Source of the DNA: an uncultured Nitrososphaerota archaeon
GTDB taxonomy: Archaea; Thermoproteota; Nitrososphaeria; Nitrososphaerales; Gagatemarchaeaceae
Reading direction: 5' to 3'
Assembly (NCBI GenBank): GCA_963718895.1
Contig: CAVRAG010000007.1
Coordinates: forward strand, 224,001 to 288,000
Length of the DNA stretch: 64,000 nucleotides
In this document: positions 20,114 to 30,362 of the stretch, one piece after another
Numbering within the stretch: the first letter of the stretch is position 1
How the letters are laid out: every line of letters begins with the position of its first letter
Program-made: the position numbers and the translations under genes
The notes under the pieces: model-generated
Databases searched by the model: none
What the model was told of the DNA's origin: nothing
The model's input: the letters and a program-made list of their open reading frames with translations, nothing else

Positions 20114-21175
20114 ATGGCAACATTACAAGAAAAGGAGAGACGGAAGGTCCAGATCTCTGGCAAGTCGTCGTGCATGGTCGCCCTCCCCAAGAAGTGGGTC
20201 AAGGAGATGGGGCTTCGGCAAGGCTCTGAGATCGTAATAACCCGGCCGAGCCTTTCATCGCTCCTCGTGACGGCCGACGTCACTGAACCAATCAGCGAGA
20301 AGCAGGAGGCGATAATCGAGGTCTCCGAACGGGACAGCCCCGATCTCCTCTTCAGGAAGATCGTCTCGCTCTACATCCTCGGGTACAACCAGATCAGCAT
20401 CAGGGGCGCGAACGGTTTCCTCAGCCCGGCCAAGAGGGACGCCATCAAGGAGCTCGTGAGAAGGCACCTCATCGGGACGGAGGGAGTCGCCGACTCGAAG
20501 GAAAAAATCACAGTGCACGTCCTCCTCGGATACTCCGAGCTGAGCGTCGACAACGCTCTGAAGAAGATGCTGCTCATCACATCCTCGATGCACAGGGACA
20601 CTATCGTAGCGCTCGAAAACATGGACAAGGCTCTCGCCGATGGCGTGATCCAGCGGGAGGATGAAGTCGGGAGATTCGGCCTCTACGTCATCCGCCAGCT
20701 GAACATGTCGATAAACCAGGGAATCTTCAAGGAAGCCATACTCGAGCCGAGGGACCTCCTCGGCTACACCCAGGTCGCAAGGACCGTCGAGCGGATTGCG
20801 TCCCACGCGGGCAGGATGGCCAAGGTCGTCGCAGGACTCGAGAAGGGCCTACCAAAACCACTGGTCGTGAAGCTGAGTTCCACGAGCGAATACGCAGCCG
20901 GCCTGGTCGAGGAAGCGCTCCTTTCCCTGTTCAAGAGGGATCACGGGGGAGCGGACATAGTCGTCGAGAAGGCGAAGCGGTTCATCGAGATGGAGGACGA
21001 ACTCGTCCGTTCCATGGACGAGAAGGAGATGCGGGCGTACTACACGATCCACGTGCTGGTGGACTCGCAGAAGAGGATAGCCGAGTACGCGAGGGACATC
21101 GCAGAGGTGGTCTTGGACCTCACCATAGAGAGGGTCGTCAGAAAGGAGGTGGCACCCTTTCTCAGGGCCTCGTGA
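20114..21175 (+). CDS. phoU: Archaeal AbrB-PhoU phosphate uptake regulator
   Basis: RRKVQISGKSSCMVALPKKW AbrB domain; PhoU repeats (ERIASH, RIAEY). Confidence 0.92.
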   Translation: MATLQEKERRKVQISGKSSCMVALPKKWVKEMGLRQGSEIVITRPSLSSLLVTADVTEPISEKQEAIIEVSERDSPDLLFRKIVSLYILGYNQISIRGANGFLSPAKRDAIKELVRRHLIGTEGVADSKEKITVHVLLGYSELSVDNALKKMLLITSSMHRDTIVALENMDKALADGVIQREDEVGRFGLYVIRQLNMSINQGIFKEAILEPRDLLGYTQVARTVERIASHAGRMAKVVAGLEKGLPKPLVVKLSSTSEYAAGLVEEALLSLFKRDHGGADIVVEKAKRFIEMEDELVRSMDEKEMRAYYTIHVLVDSQKRIAEYARDIAEVVLDLTIERVVRKEVAPFLRAS

Positions 21176-21202
21176 TCGTCGACCCGGGCGGGCGGTGGGT
21201 CC

Positions 21203-22078
21203 CTACTTCCTGAGGCTCGCCGTGAGAAGCTCGGGGATCTCGGCAGGCGTCGAGGCGACCTTCACTCCGGCAGCTCTGAGCGCGGTGATCTTCGAGTCTG
21301 CTGTCCCTGCGCTGCCATAGATTATCGCGCCCGCGTGGCCCATCCTCTTCTCTCTGGGAGCCGCCCTGCCCGCGACGTAGGCAAGGACGGGCTTGGGGAA
21401 CCGGGACTCGGTGATGTACTTCGCGAGCCTCTCCTCGGCGTCCCCTCCGATCTCCCCGACCGCGACCACGGCGCTCACCTCGTCCCGCATCCGAACCCAG
21501 TCGAAGCAGTCTATCAGAGACGAGCCGTTGATTGGGTCGCCCCCGATGCCGAGCGCCACGGACTGGCCGAAGCCGTTGGCTGAGAGTTGGTTCGCGATCT
21601 CATACATTAGGGTCCCGCTCCTCGAGAACAGGGCGATGCTGCCAGGCCTGAACGAGGTCGCAGGCATGATCCCGAGCTTGATGAGCCTGGATGGGATGAT
21701 TAGACCAGGCGTGTTCGGCCCTATGACGGTGGCCCCGAGCGTCTTGGCGAGCTCGACGAGCTTGAGTTCGTCCCGAACCGGGACGTGTTCCGTTATGGCG
21801 ACCAAGAGCTTGATGCCCGCGCGGAGCGCCTCCTCGGCTGCGGCGTAGAAATACGGTGCGGGCACGAAGACGACCGAGCTCTTCGCTCCGGTCTTCTCGA
21901 CGGCGTCCGCCACCTTGTCGTAGACCTTCACGCCCGTGACCCTCTCGCCTGCTTTGCCGGGAGTCACCCCGGCGGCTATGTTCGTCCCGTACTGCAGCAT
22001 CAGGGTGGTGTGGAGGCTGCCGAAGTGCCCGGTTATCCCCTGGACGATCACAGGCGCGCCCTTCTCCGGCAGTATCAT
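21203..22078 (-). CDS. sucD: Succinyl-CoA synthetase alpha subunit
   Basis: VQGITG, GPNTPG, SRSGTL, MGHAGA phospho-His. Confidence 0.96.
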   Translation of the reverse strand: MILPEKGAPVIVQGITGHFGSLHTTLMLQYGTNIAAGVTPGKAGERVTGVKVYDKVADAVEKTGAKSSVVFVPAPYFYAAAEEALRAGIKLLVAITEHVPVRDELKLVELAKTLGATVIGPNTPGLIIPSRLIKLGIMPATSFRPGSIALFSRSGTLMYEIANQLSANGFGQSVALGIGGDPINGSSLIDCFDWVRMRDEVSAVVAVGEIGGDAEERLAKYITESRFPKPVLAYVAGRAAPREKRMGHAGAIIYGSAGTADSKITALRAAGVKVASTPAEIPELLTASLRK

Positions 22079-23172
22079 GCTGCGCTCACCGCGGCCTCGA
22101 CCGCCTCTTGCGCGCTCGCGTAGAGCTTCACGGGGACGCCGTCAAGAAGGCTCTTCGCCTGCGCCTCCTCCGAGCCGCTCAGCCTGGCGTAGATCGGTTG
22201 CATGCCGCCCTCGGCCACGACGTTCTTGAGCCCCGCCGCGACGTCGGTGGTGCGGGTTATCCCCCCGAAGATGTTCACGATCACCCTCTCCGCGTTGGGG
22301 AGCTTCCTCACGAGCCGCATCGCGGCCTCGACCCTCTGCTGCTGGGAGCCTCCGCCGAGGTCGAGGAAGCAGGCCGGCTTGCCTCCAGCGTCGGACACGA
22401 GGTCCAGGGTCGATAGGACGAGCCCAGCGCCGTTCCCTACCACGGCTATGTCGCCGTCCAGCCTGACGAACGAGAAGCCCTCCTTCGAGGCCTCGCCCTC
22501 GAGGAGGTCCTCGGGCGGCAGCTGGGAGAACTCGGGGTGCCTGAAGAGGGCGTTGTCGTCTAGGACTATCTTGGAGTCGAGCGCTATCATAGATCCGTCA
22601 TCGGCGATCGCAAGGGGGTTGACCTCGGCCAGCTCGCACTCCTCCTCTCTCGAGAGTCGCTCGAGGTCCATGAGGATCCTCACGAACTGAGCCTCGTCCT
22701 GCCCCCAGAGGTTCATCCTGAAGGCGAACGACTTGGCCATCGGCTCTCTGAGACCGTCGGCCGGGATGGGTTCGATTATCTTGCCCTGCATCGACTCGAC
22801 GTCCACGCCCCCGACCCTTGCGCCTATGACCACGAAGCTCCCAATCCCCCGGTCGAGAGTGACCGAGAGGTACATCTCTTCACGGTGGGGGGTCGCCTTC
22901 TCTATCAACAGGGAACTGGGCTTCTCGCCGCCTATCCTGAGCCCCATTATCCGGGTCGCCTCCTTCCTGGCCTCGACCCTTGTGCTCACAGTCACGACCC
23001 CGCCAGCCTTTCCCCTGCCCCCCGCCAGAACCTGGGCCTTGACGACGGCGGGGAGGCCCACCTTCTGGAGGGCCGAGTCTACCTCCTCAGTGGTCCGGGC
23101 AAGCGCGGAGACGGGGACGGGGATTCCGTACTTCCTGAAGAGGTCCTTCCCTTGGTACTCGAAGAGACGCAC
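22075..23172 (-). CDS. sucC: Succinyl-CoA synthetase beta subunit
   Basis: LFEYQGK, KAQVLAGGRGKAGGV, EVNPL, GNGAGL, FLDLGGG. Confidence 0.96.
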   Translation of the reverse strand: MRLFEYQGKDLFRKYGIPVPVSALARTTEEVDSALQKVGLPAVVKAQVLAGGRGKAGGVVTVSTRVEARKEATRIMGLRIGGEKPSSLLIEKATPHREEMYLSVTLDRGIGSFVVIGARVGGVDVESMQGKIIEPIPADGLREPMAKSFAFRMNLWGQDEAQFVRILMDLERLSREEECELAEVNPLAIADDGSMIALDSKIVLDDNALFRHPEFSQLPPEDLLEGEASKEGFSFVRLDGDIAVVGNGAGLVLSTLDLVSDAGGKPACFLDLGGGSQQQRVEAAMRLVRKLPNAERVIVNIFGGITRTTDVAAGLKNVVAEGGMQPIYARLSGSEEAQAKSLLDGVPVKLYASAQEAVEAAVSAA

Positions 23173-23284
23173 GCCCGAGCGACCTCCGGATATTGCATAA
23201 ACTTAACGGAGGATCAGTCTGGACGAGAGGGACCCCGTGTCCATTAAGGATAAATAACAATCGGCTTTGCGCGCCTCGAAGAAA

Positions 23285-23569
23285 ATGACCGAGCAGCGAA
23301 ACGACAGCACCGTGTTCGTGGGCAAGAAACCAGTGATGAGCTACGTACTGGCATGCCTGACGCTCTTCCAGAACGGGACCGTGGACATCACCCTCAAGGC
23401 ACGCGGGCGGGCGATATCCAAGGCCGTCGACGCCGCTCAGATACTGACCAAGAAGTTCGTCCCCGACGTCACGGTGAAGAGCATCGAGCTCGGGACCGAG
23501 CTCGTAAAGAGCCTGGACTCCGGCGTGACGAGCGACGTCAGCTCGATGGAGATCCACCTCTCGAAGTGA
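23285..23569 (+). CDS. albA: DNA/RNA-binding protein Alba
   Basis: VGKKPVMSYV, KARGRAISKAVD, VSSMEI. Confidence 0.96.
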   Translation: MTEQRNDSTVFVGKKPVMSYVLACLTLFQNGTVDITLKARGRAISKAVDAAQILTKKFVPDVTVKSIELGTELVKSLDSGVTSDVSSMEIHLSK

Positions 23570-23659
23570 GCCGTCCCTGACCGGACGGGCGACTGTGTGT
23601 GGAGGTTCTATCGCGGCCGATATTTTTATATTGGAAGCAATCGCTGGCTTTCTCGTATC

Positions 23660-24191
23660 TTGCCACTTAGGATTCCCATTTGCGCATTCGACGCAAAGAC
23701 AGGCATCCTTTGTGGCAAATGTCAGGCCAAGCTCACAGCGGGCCAGATCACCGAGGCGGACATCCAGGTCTCTCGCGCCCTGGTGAAGCTCGCCGAGAAG
23801 ATTCCGGACGTGAACAAGATGACGCTCCTCAGGAGTTTCCACGTCGATGGGAGCTACGTGCTGGAGGTCGAGCAGTCAGATGCAGCAATCGTGCGCTCAA
23901 AGCCCGAGATAAAGCAGAAGCTGGAGGAACAGCTCAAGGGCCGCGGTCTGGGTGATAGCGGCGTCGAACTCTGAGAGGAGGTTCCTTGAAGACCTCTTCT
24001 ACCCGATAAGGCTCCTGACCGTCAACACCGTCTGGCTCCCCGACGGGTCGAAGCTCACCAAGGCGATAATACCCGGTCGGAGGGTCGAACGGCTCTCTGG
24101 CGAGATCGAGCTCCTCAAGAAGATAGTGAAGCAGGTGAAGGGCATCGAGCTCATGGTCGAGTTCGAGCGCGAAGCCACGGTGCGGCTCTGA
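23660..24191 (+). CDS. Archaeal NusA-like KH protein; indel near 23950
   Basis: PICAFDAKTGILCGKC N-terminus; continues in another frame as EDLFYPIRLLTVNTVWLPDGS. Confidence 0.8.
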
Positions 24192-24217
24192 AGACGCGGC
24201 GGGCAGAGTCCCTTTTG

Positions 24218-25532
24218 CTACGGCTGCAACCTTTCAGGATCTCGTGGGAAGAGCGCCGCCTCCTTCACGCTCACGATGTTGAGCAACTGGGCCGTGAACC
24301 TCTCGATGCCCAGGGAGAACCCACCGTGCGGCGGCACGCCGTACCTGAACGGCTCTGTGAACCATTCTAGCGCCGCTTCGTCCATGCCCTTCTCGCGGAT
24401 CTGCTCGACGACCCTGTCGTAGCGGTGCTCCCTCTGCCCGCCGGACGAGAGCTCGAGCCCCTTGTACATCATGTCGACCGAGCGCGCGTACCTGGGGTTC
24501 TCGTCGACGCGCATCACGTAGAAGGGCTTGACCTTCGACGGGAAGCGGTTCACGAAGAAGAAGTCCGAGCCGAACTCAGTCTTGACGTGCTCGCTGAGCA
24601 GCTTCTCAGACTCCCTGTCGAGGTCGGAGTCCTCGGGGAGCTTGTGACCCAAGCCCTCGAGTACGGGATAGATGTCCGGGAAGGAGAGCTCGGGGAAGGG
24701 CGTCTTCGGCTCCTCGAGCGAGACCTTGAGGAGCTCGAGCTCGGAGCCGCAGGAGCCCAGGACCGACTTGATCCCAGACACTATCATCCCCTCCTCCACG
24801 CGCATCGTGTCCCTCTCGTCGGCGATGAACGACATCTCTGGCGCGATTGTCCTGTGCTCGCTCATGTGCCTCGGGGTGTGTGAGAGCTCGGCGCTGCCAG
24901 TTCGGACCGAGGTCGTACACCTTTCCCAGACCTCCTGCCATCGCCAGCTGTCTGTGCAGCTGCGGGTCCTGGCGCAGGAACGCAGGCTTGCCGTAAAAGT
25001 CAATCTTGAAGACCTCGGAGCCTCCCTCTGAGATCCCTCCGAGTATGCTCGGCGTGAAGACCTGGAGGAACCCTTCCCTCCGGAGGTAGGCTTCCATCCC
25101 GTAGACCAGCGCGGCTTCCACCTTGAAGAGGGCGGTGGTCTCTGGCCTCCGCAGGTCGAGCGTCCGCCACTGGAACCTCGTATCGAGGTTGGCGTCGGTC
25201 ACACCCCTCGGGTCGAGGGGAAGCGGCGTCGCCGAGGCGCTCAGGACGGTGATCGAGTCCGGGATTATCTCGAAACCGTTCCTCGCTATCTTGGACTCCT
25301 TGACCAGGCCGAGGCACAGGATGACGTCCTCCGGGTGCAGCGCCGAGACCGCGTCCAGCACCTCCTTCGTCACGCTCTTCTTGGGGGTCGTGACCTGGAC
25401 GATGCCCTCCCTGTTCCGAAGCAGAACGAAGTTGATCCCGCCGAGCAGGCGGACGTCGTGAACCCACCCAGCGACCCGAATCTTCTGTCCGATCCTGCTC
25501 CTAATCTCCGCGATGGGGAGAAGCTCTTCCAA
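24218..25532 (-). CDS. aspS: Aspartyl-tRNA synthetase (archaeal type); indel near 24897
   Basis: AGWVH OB-fold, LDLRR, LRQDPQL, ELSSGGQREH, PPHGGFSLGIER, FPRD split over two frames. Confidence 0.93.
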
Positions 25533-25650
25533 GGCACCTCCCGCTCTCGGTTGGAGCTTAATGAAGATTGAAGAAACCGGGGTTTGCAGGAGCGTTTTCG
25601 ACCGGGGAGATCCCCTCGCCGCGGAGGAACGCGGACGAGGGCGGAACCGG

Positions 25651-26904
25651 TCAGAGGGCCTTGTACTGTTCGGTCCAGTTGGTGTAGGCGCGGAGCATCT
25701 CAGGAGAGACGCTGGGCCGACGCGACTTCATTATCTCCTTGAAGTCGGTCATCACTATCGGCCGGGGCTGCACAGACTTGTCGACGGCCCTGCCGCTCTC
25801 GAAGAGCTCGCGCACGACCCGCAGCTGCCCGCCCTGGCAGATGTCCCGGATGTCCGAGCCGGAGTAGCCCTCGGAGATCCTCGACAGGTCCTCCAGGCTT
25901 ATGGTCTGGTCGACGTTTATCGGGGCGGTGTAGTTCTTGAACATGGATATCCGGCCTTCGAAGTTCGGAAGAGGGACGTAGATGCGCTTCTCGAAGCGGC
26001 GAAGGAACGGCCAGTCCAGAGCCCAGGGCTTGTTCGTCGCGCCAATCGTGTAGAGGTGGGTGTGCTTGCCCTTGTCCTGGATGCCGTCCATCTCCTTGAG
26101 GAACTGGTTCCTGACCCTGATCTCTCCTCCGACCTCGTTGTTGCGGGAACCGAGCATTGAGTCGAGCTCATCGATGAATATGATTACGGGGTCCCCCTTC
26201 TCCAGCAGCTTCCTGGCCTCGGTGAAGAGCTTCGCCACATTCTTCTCGGCCTCCCCCAACCACTTCGACATTATCGATGCCGCGTCGATGGAGATGAAGT
26301 AGCCGTTGATCTCGGCCGCGGTCGCGGCGGCGAGGATCGTCTTTCCGCACCCGGGAGGACCGTAGAGGAGCATCCCTCGGGGCCAACCGAGGGGAAAGAG
26401 GTCGGGCCTCTCGAACGGGAAGACAATCGACTCCCTGATCGCCCTCTTCGCGTCGTCTAGGCCTATCACGTCATCCCACCTTACGTTCGGCTTCTCCTTG
26501 ACCACGAGCTCGTTGAACGAGGACTTGAGCTGCTGGACCATCTGTGGCCCCTTCGACCCTCCGTTGCCTCCCTCGGGCGCGTGCCCGTTGCCTCCCTCTG
26601 CCACGGCACCCGTGGGCACCGCCATCGGGGTGAAGGTCGATTCTTCCGGCTGTATGTCTCTGGGTATCAAACCGTGAGCCTGCTGGATGGCCTTGACCCT
26701 CTCCTGGTAGAGCCCGGCGCGCTCCATGTAGTGCCTGTTCAGCTTGTAGTCGGGATAGAGGTGGACCAGCTTGATGAGGGTCGAGATCGCCCTCTGGTAG
26801 TTCTGGATCGCCATCCCGTGCGCGCCCTGGGAATCGAGGCGGATAGCCTCGCCCGCGTACTTCCTTGCATCTTCTTCAAGCTCTCTGGCAGCTACGACGC
26901 TCAT
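25651..26904 (-). CDS. cdvC: Vps4-like AAA+ ATPase CdvC
   Basis: N-terminal MIT domain; GPPGCGKT, SKWLGEAEK, IFIDE, ATNKPW, RRFEKRIY. Confidence 0.95.
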   Translation of the reverse strand: MSVVAARELEEDARKYAGEAIRLDSQGAHGMAIQNYQRAISTLIKLVHLYPDYKLNRHYMERAGLYQERVKAIQQAHGLIPRDIQPEESTFTPMAVPTGAVAEGGNGHAPEGGNGGSKGPQMVQQLKSSFNELVVKEKPNVRWDDVIGLDDAKRAIRESIVFPFERPDLFPLGWPRGMLLYGPPGCGKTILAAATAAEINGYFISIDAASIMSKWLGEAEKNVAKLFTEARKLLEKGDPVIIFIDELDSMLGSRNNEVGGEIRVRNQFLKEMDGIQDKGKHTHLYTIGATNKPWALDWPFLRRFEKRIYVPLPNFEGRISMFKNYTAPINVDQTISLEDLSRISEGYSGSDIRDICQGGQLRVVRELFESGRAVDKSVQPRPIVMTDFKEIMKSRRPSVSPEMLRAYTNWTEQYKAL

Positions 26905-26909
26905 CGCAA

Positions 26910-27764
26910 TCATTCACTCCTGCGTTGTGACCTGACCTTCCCCGCGGCGACTAGGCGGATCATCGACTGTTCGACCTCGTCTTGGGGTATTCCGAGGTTG
27001 ATGGATGTCTCAGAGACGTCGATGACACCGTCGTGGGAGGTCGCGTACTTCAAGACCTCTCCCTCGACCTTGGGGTCGGCGCTCGGGCCGAAGATGGTCC
27101 CGAGGATTATCTGCTCGTCTTCGCTGTCGTCGCCCGTAGCGAGTATGGGGATGCGGTCGTCCGTTCTGTGGATCTCCTCCTCGTACCTGCTCGGCATGAG
27201 GTGAAGGCTCGTCTTCAGCCTCTCGGCCTGCTCCTCGGCGAACTTCTGCGCCTGCTGGACCAGCTCCTCCGCGTTCTCGGTGTGCACGTCCACGGTGATT
27301 CCGGGCGAGATCTGGCCCATCTGGGCCATCGTCTCGGTCAGCGTGTTGTTGATGCTCGCCGAGGTGGCGTCCAGCGCCGGTCCGAACTCCTCCATCGTCT
27401 TGGAGACGGTCTTCAGGGACTTGAAGGCGGCACCCACGTGGACCATCGCGTCGCCCACCTCCATTATGGACTGGAGACGGAGGGATACCTGGGTTAGGGC
27501 GAGCTCGCTCGCCTCGACTATCCTTATCGTCTTCCTGATCTCGGCGTGCTCGTTCGCATAGACGTTCGCCTTCGACTTGTTCTTCTCCTGGAGCGACCGG
27601 ACGGTCGAATCGAAGAGCCTCTGCCTTCGCTCGGCGAGGCGGCCCTTGAGCCCCTCCAGCTCTCTCCTCTGGACCTCGATCTCCTTTAGCGCCACGACGA
27701 TCTTGTTCTTGTAGTCTCCCTCCTTCTTGCCGTGGAGTGAAAACACCGAGCCAAAAGCACCCAA
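26910..27764 (-). CDS. cdvB: ESCRT-III protein CdvB with C-terminal winged helix
   Basis: Snf7 core (AxVYANEHAEIRK...LALTQVSLRL); C-terminal wH (VIDVSETSINLGIPQDEV); start uncertain. Confidence 0.85.
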   Translation of the reverse strand: MGAFGSVFSLHGKKEGDYKNKIVVALKEIEVQRRELEGLKGRLAERRQRLFDSTVRSLQEKNKSKANVYANEHAEIRKTIRIVEASELALTQVSLRLQSIMEVGDAMVHVGAAFKSLKTVSKTMEEFGPALDATSASINNTLTETMAQMGQISPGITVDVHTENAEELVQQAQKFAEEQAERLKTSLHLMPSRYEEEIHRTDDRIPILATGDDSEDEQIILGTIFGPSADPKVEGEVLKYATSHDGVIDVSETSINLGIPQDEVEQSMIRLVAAGKVRSQRRSE

Positions 27765-27920
27765 AGTAATTCCCACTAACCACTCTTGAGAGTACCGGGG
27801 ACGGACTTGGTAATCACCATCTTGGTCAACAATCGGAAACAAAAAACTAAACGTGTGACAAATCTTGCACCTAGAAGAAGAGGAGCGCGCATCAAAGTAT
27901 GGGCACCCTCACAAGGCATT

Positions 27921-27996
27921 GAAGAAAAAAGAGGAGTGGAGTGGGTGTTTCGCCCGCGCGGCAAGTTTCTCAGCCCCGCGGGCATGTACCCCACTC
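27921..27996 (-). terminator. Stem-loop plus U-tract downstream of the cdvB paralogue
   Basis: GAGTGGG/CCCACTC and GCCCGCG/CGCGGGC stems, then CTCTTTTTTCTTC on the minus strand. Confidence 0.5.
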
Positions 27997-28005
27997 TCGG
28001 TTTCC

Positions 28006-28650
28006 CTAGGATGTCTCTGCGGAACCTTCCACAGAGGGGAGTCCGGAGGGGATCTCCGGGAACTTCTCCTTCATTCTCTGCTCTGCCACTGCTGCAGCCT
28101 CTGCCAGGACCTTCTCTGCGTCCTCGTTGGCAGCCTCGAAGTTCAGGTTGTATCCGCCCACCGTGCCGGCATCCACCAGGATGCTGCTGAGTAGGCCCGA
28201 TATCTCACCGATCTCTCCTTCGGCCTCTGGAAGTACGCTGACGAGTCCCTGCCGTACGCTGCGGATCACGGACATTGCAGGAGTGAGGGTGACGACTATG
28301 TCGCCGAGTTCTGTGATGGTGTTGAGACGGAGCGTGATCTGTTCGAGAGCCAGTTTGGCCTGCGTGACCATCCTGTTCATCTTCCTTACCTCCGCGAGCT
28401 CATTCGCGTAGACTGAAGCATGCTGTGAGTCGTGCTTCTGGATGGATGAAACGACCTTGTTGAAGATCGAAGCGTCCCTCTCTCTCAGTTTCGCTGTGGT
28501 CGCGTCGAGCTTTGCGACCTGCACCTGGATCTGGCGGATTGCTAGGTCCAACCTTGGCTTAAGAGGACCTGGATTCTTGACGGACTCACGCATTCTCGTC
28601 GTGAATCCGGTGTTGTTTGACTTCTCCCACTTGCTGCTGAAAGTGCTCAT
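28006..28650 (-). CDS. ESCRT-III paralogue (CdvB1/B2-like, Snf7 family)
   Basis: ASVYANELAEVRK...KLALEQITLRL; MIM2-like tail FPEIPSGLP. Confidence 0.92.
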   Translation of the reverse strand: MSTFSSKWEKSNNTGFTTRMRESVKNPGPLKPRLDLAIRQIQVQVAKLDATTAKLRERDASIFNKVVSSIQKHDSQHASVYANELAEVRKMNRMVTQAKLALEQITLRLNTITELGDIVVTLTPAMSVIRSVRQGLVSVLPEAEGEIGEISGLLSSILVDAGTVGGYNLNFEAANEDAEKVLAEAAAVAEQRMKEKFPEIPSGLPSVEGSAETS

Positions 28651-28703
28651 GTTGCCTCGGGTTGGTCGAGGCGAGGATAAATCGGCGGCGTGACCGGAGC
28701 CGT

Positions 28704-28878
28704 TGTCTCCGCGGTGACAGGGTGCGCGGTGACATGTGGTGTCCGGGTTGGCGGGCGTGCGGGCACCCGCGGGCACGACGTCGAGCCCTTCTAGCTGATC
28801 TTGACGTGTTTGTTGATTCCTGATGACCAGACAGCTTATCGAAACTTGTTACCACGAGGTGAGAGGTCTCGGTGACAA
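28704..28878. promoter_or_regulatory. Candidate GGTGACA operator repeats between the cdv cluster and trmB
   Basis: TGTCTCCGCGGTGACA (28704-28719), CGCGGTGACA (28725-28734), TTGTTACC...GGTGACAA (28846-28878). Confidence 0.4.
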
Positions 28879-28890
28879 TGGCAATGGAGC

Positions 28891-30102
28891 GTGTCTTTGG
28901 TGCTTTCCGCTAACGAAGTCGGTGAAATCTCTTCGGGTCTGCAGGGGTTCGGGCTGACGGAGTACGAGTCGAAGGTCTATGTGGCCCTCCTCTCGGGCGG
29001 CCCGAGCACTGTCAACCAGCTCCAGTACGTCTCGATGGTCCCCAGGACCAAGGTCTACCAGGTAGCCCTGCAGCTGGTGAAGAAACAGGTGGTCAAGGAG
29101 CTCGACGGCAAGCCGGTCAGGTTCGAGGCGCTGCCGCCGGACGTCTTTCAGGGTGTCCTGGTCGACCGCGAGAGGAACGTGAGGTCGCTGAAGAGGGCGA
29201 TGGGATCCCTCAAGAAGCTCAGGGAGAAGAACATCATGCCCCAGGACTCGGTCGAGGAGAGGTACCTCTCCCTCGGGTCCCAGAGCACCCTCATGAAGTT
29301 GAAGGAGGCCATCCTGAAGGCCCAGGGCAACATCAAGTGCGCCGTCGACGGTTGGGGGTTGCATCTCATCCAGGAGTGCTCGGAGGAGATCGAGACGGTC
29401 TGCAGGCAGGATGTCGAGGTGAGAGTCGTCGCCTCGGTGCCGGCCCTGCTACCGACGTTCCCCTTCGCGTCCTCCAAGCTCAAGATCAGGTACGGGAAAC
29501 ACATGTCGGGGAGGAGCGCGTTCATGATCGACAACGGCGAGGTGCTCCTGGTCAATAGCCAGACGGGGCGAGGGTTCCAGTTCATGCTCCCCGAACTGAG
29601 GGGCGCGTTCAGCGAGGACCTCTTCGAGGAGTTCTGGAAGGCGTCTACCGGGAGCAAGACCCTCGCATCGGTCTCGAACGCCGACAACCTCCCCTTCCTC
29701 ATAGACGGACAGAGGATAAGCAGGGTGTTCGTCGAGGCGGTCACCAGGGTCGTGAGGGACGAGTCGCAGATGGAGGACATCGGACATGAGTTCCTCAACA
29801 TCCTCGAGGAGAGGGGGGCGCCCAAGTTCAAGGACGAGTCCTTCGAGAACGCGGTCAAGCTGATCCTGGCGCTGATGCAGGAGGAGCTGGGAGAGGAGGC
29901 GACCGCCGAGTACGACTCCCTCACCAGGATATTCAGGCTGGAGCTCCCGAGCTACCAGGAGGGGACGCCCATCTCGGCCTGGTACTTCGCCCTCTCCGGG
30001 CTGCTCAAGGACTCAGGGATAAGGAACGAGCTGCTGCACGACGCGCCCTTCCCGGAGGCAAGGAACAGGATAATCCAGCGCAGGTTCGCGGCCACGAACT
30101 AG
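28891..30102 (+). CDS. TrmB-family transcriptional regulator
   Basis: FGLTEYESKVYVALL...VPRTKVYQV HTH; long C-terminal effector region. Confidence 0.9.
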   Translation: MSLVLSANEVGEISSGLQGFGLTEYESKVYVALLSGGPSTVNQLQYVSMVPRTKVYQVALQLVKKQVVKELDGKPVRFEALPPDVFQGVLVDRERNVRSLKRAMGSLKKLREKNIMPQDSVEERYLSLGSQSTLMKLKEAILKAQGNIKCAVDGWGLHLIQECSEEIETVCRQDVEVRVVASVPALLPTFPFASSKLKIRYGKHMSGRSAFMIDNGEVLLVNSQTGRGFQFMLPELRGAFSEDLFEEFWKASTGSKTLASVSNADNLPFLIDGQRISRVFVEAVTRVVRDESQMEDIGHEFLNILEERGAPKFKDESFENAVKLILALMQEELGEEATAEYDSLTRIFRLELPSYQEGTPISAWYFALSGLLKDSGIRNELLHDAPFPEARNRIIQRRFAATN

Positions 30103-30299
30103 TCGACGGCGCTCCAGACGAGCACCGCCATGAGCATCAGGAAACCGCCCGCTATCCCGGCGAGGATCGCACCGCCGATGTCCTGGTTCACGCCTATGCT
30201 GGCCACGAGCCTCGCCACGGGGGCTCGGAGGAGCCACGCGAGGAACCCGAGGACGAATCCGAAGAGCGAGAACCCCATGAGGGTCGTCTTCCTTCCCAT
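30099..30299 (-). CDS. Small 2-TM membrane protein
   Basis: 66 aa, two Gly-rich hydrophobic helices; TATA-like sequence upstream. Confidence 0.7.
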   Translation of the reverse strand: MGRKTTLMGFSLFGFVLGFLAWLLRAPVARLVASIGVNQDIGGAILAGIAGGFLMLMAVLVWSAVD

Positions 30300-30362
30300 G
30301 TCCGCCTTCCGACGGAGCCCCGATGTTCGGTATATAAGCGCTGTCGGGCCAGACGGGACGGG

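Noticed and set aside
24218-25532. aspS, dys and hppA as pseudogenes or programmed frameshifts
   Set aside because: Motifs intact on both sides of each break and no shared slippery site; sequencing error is simpler
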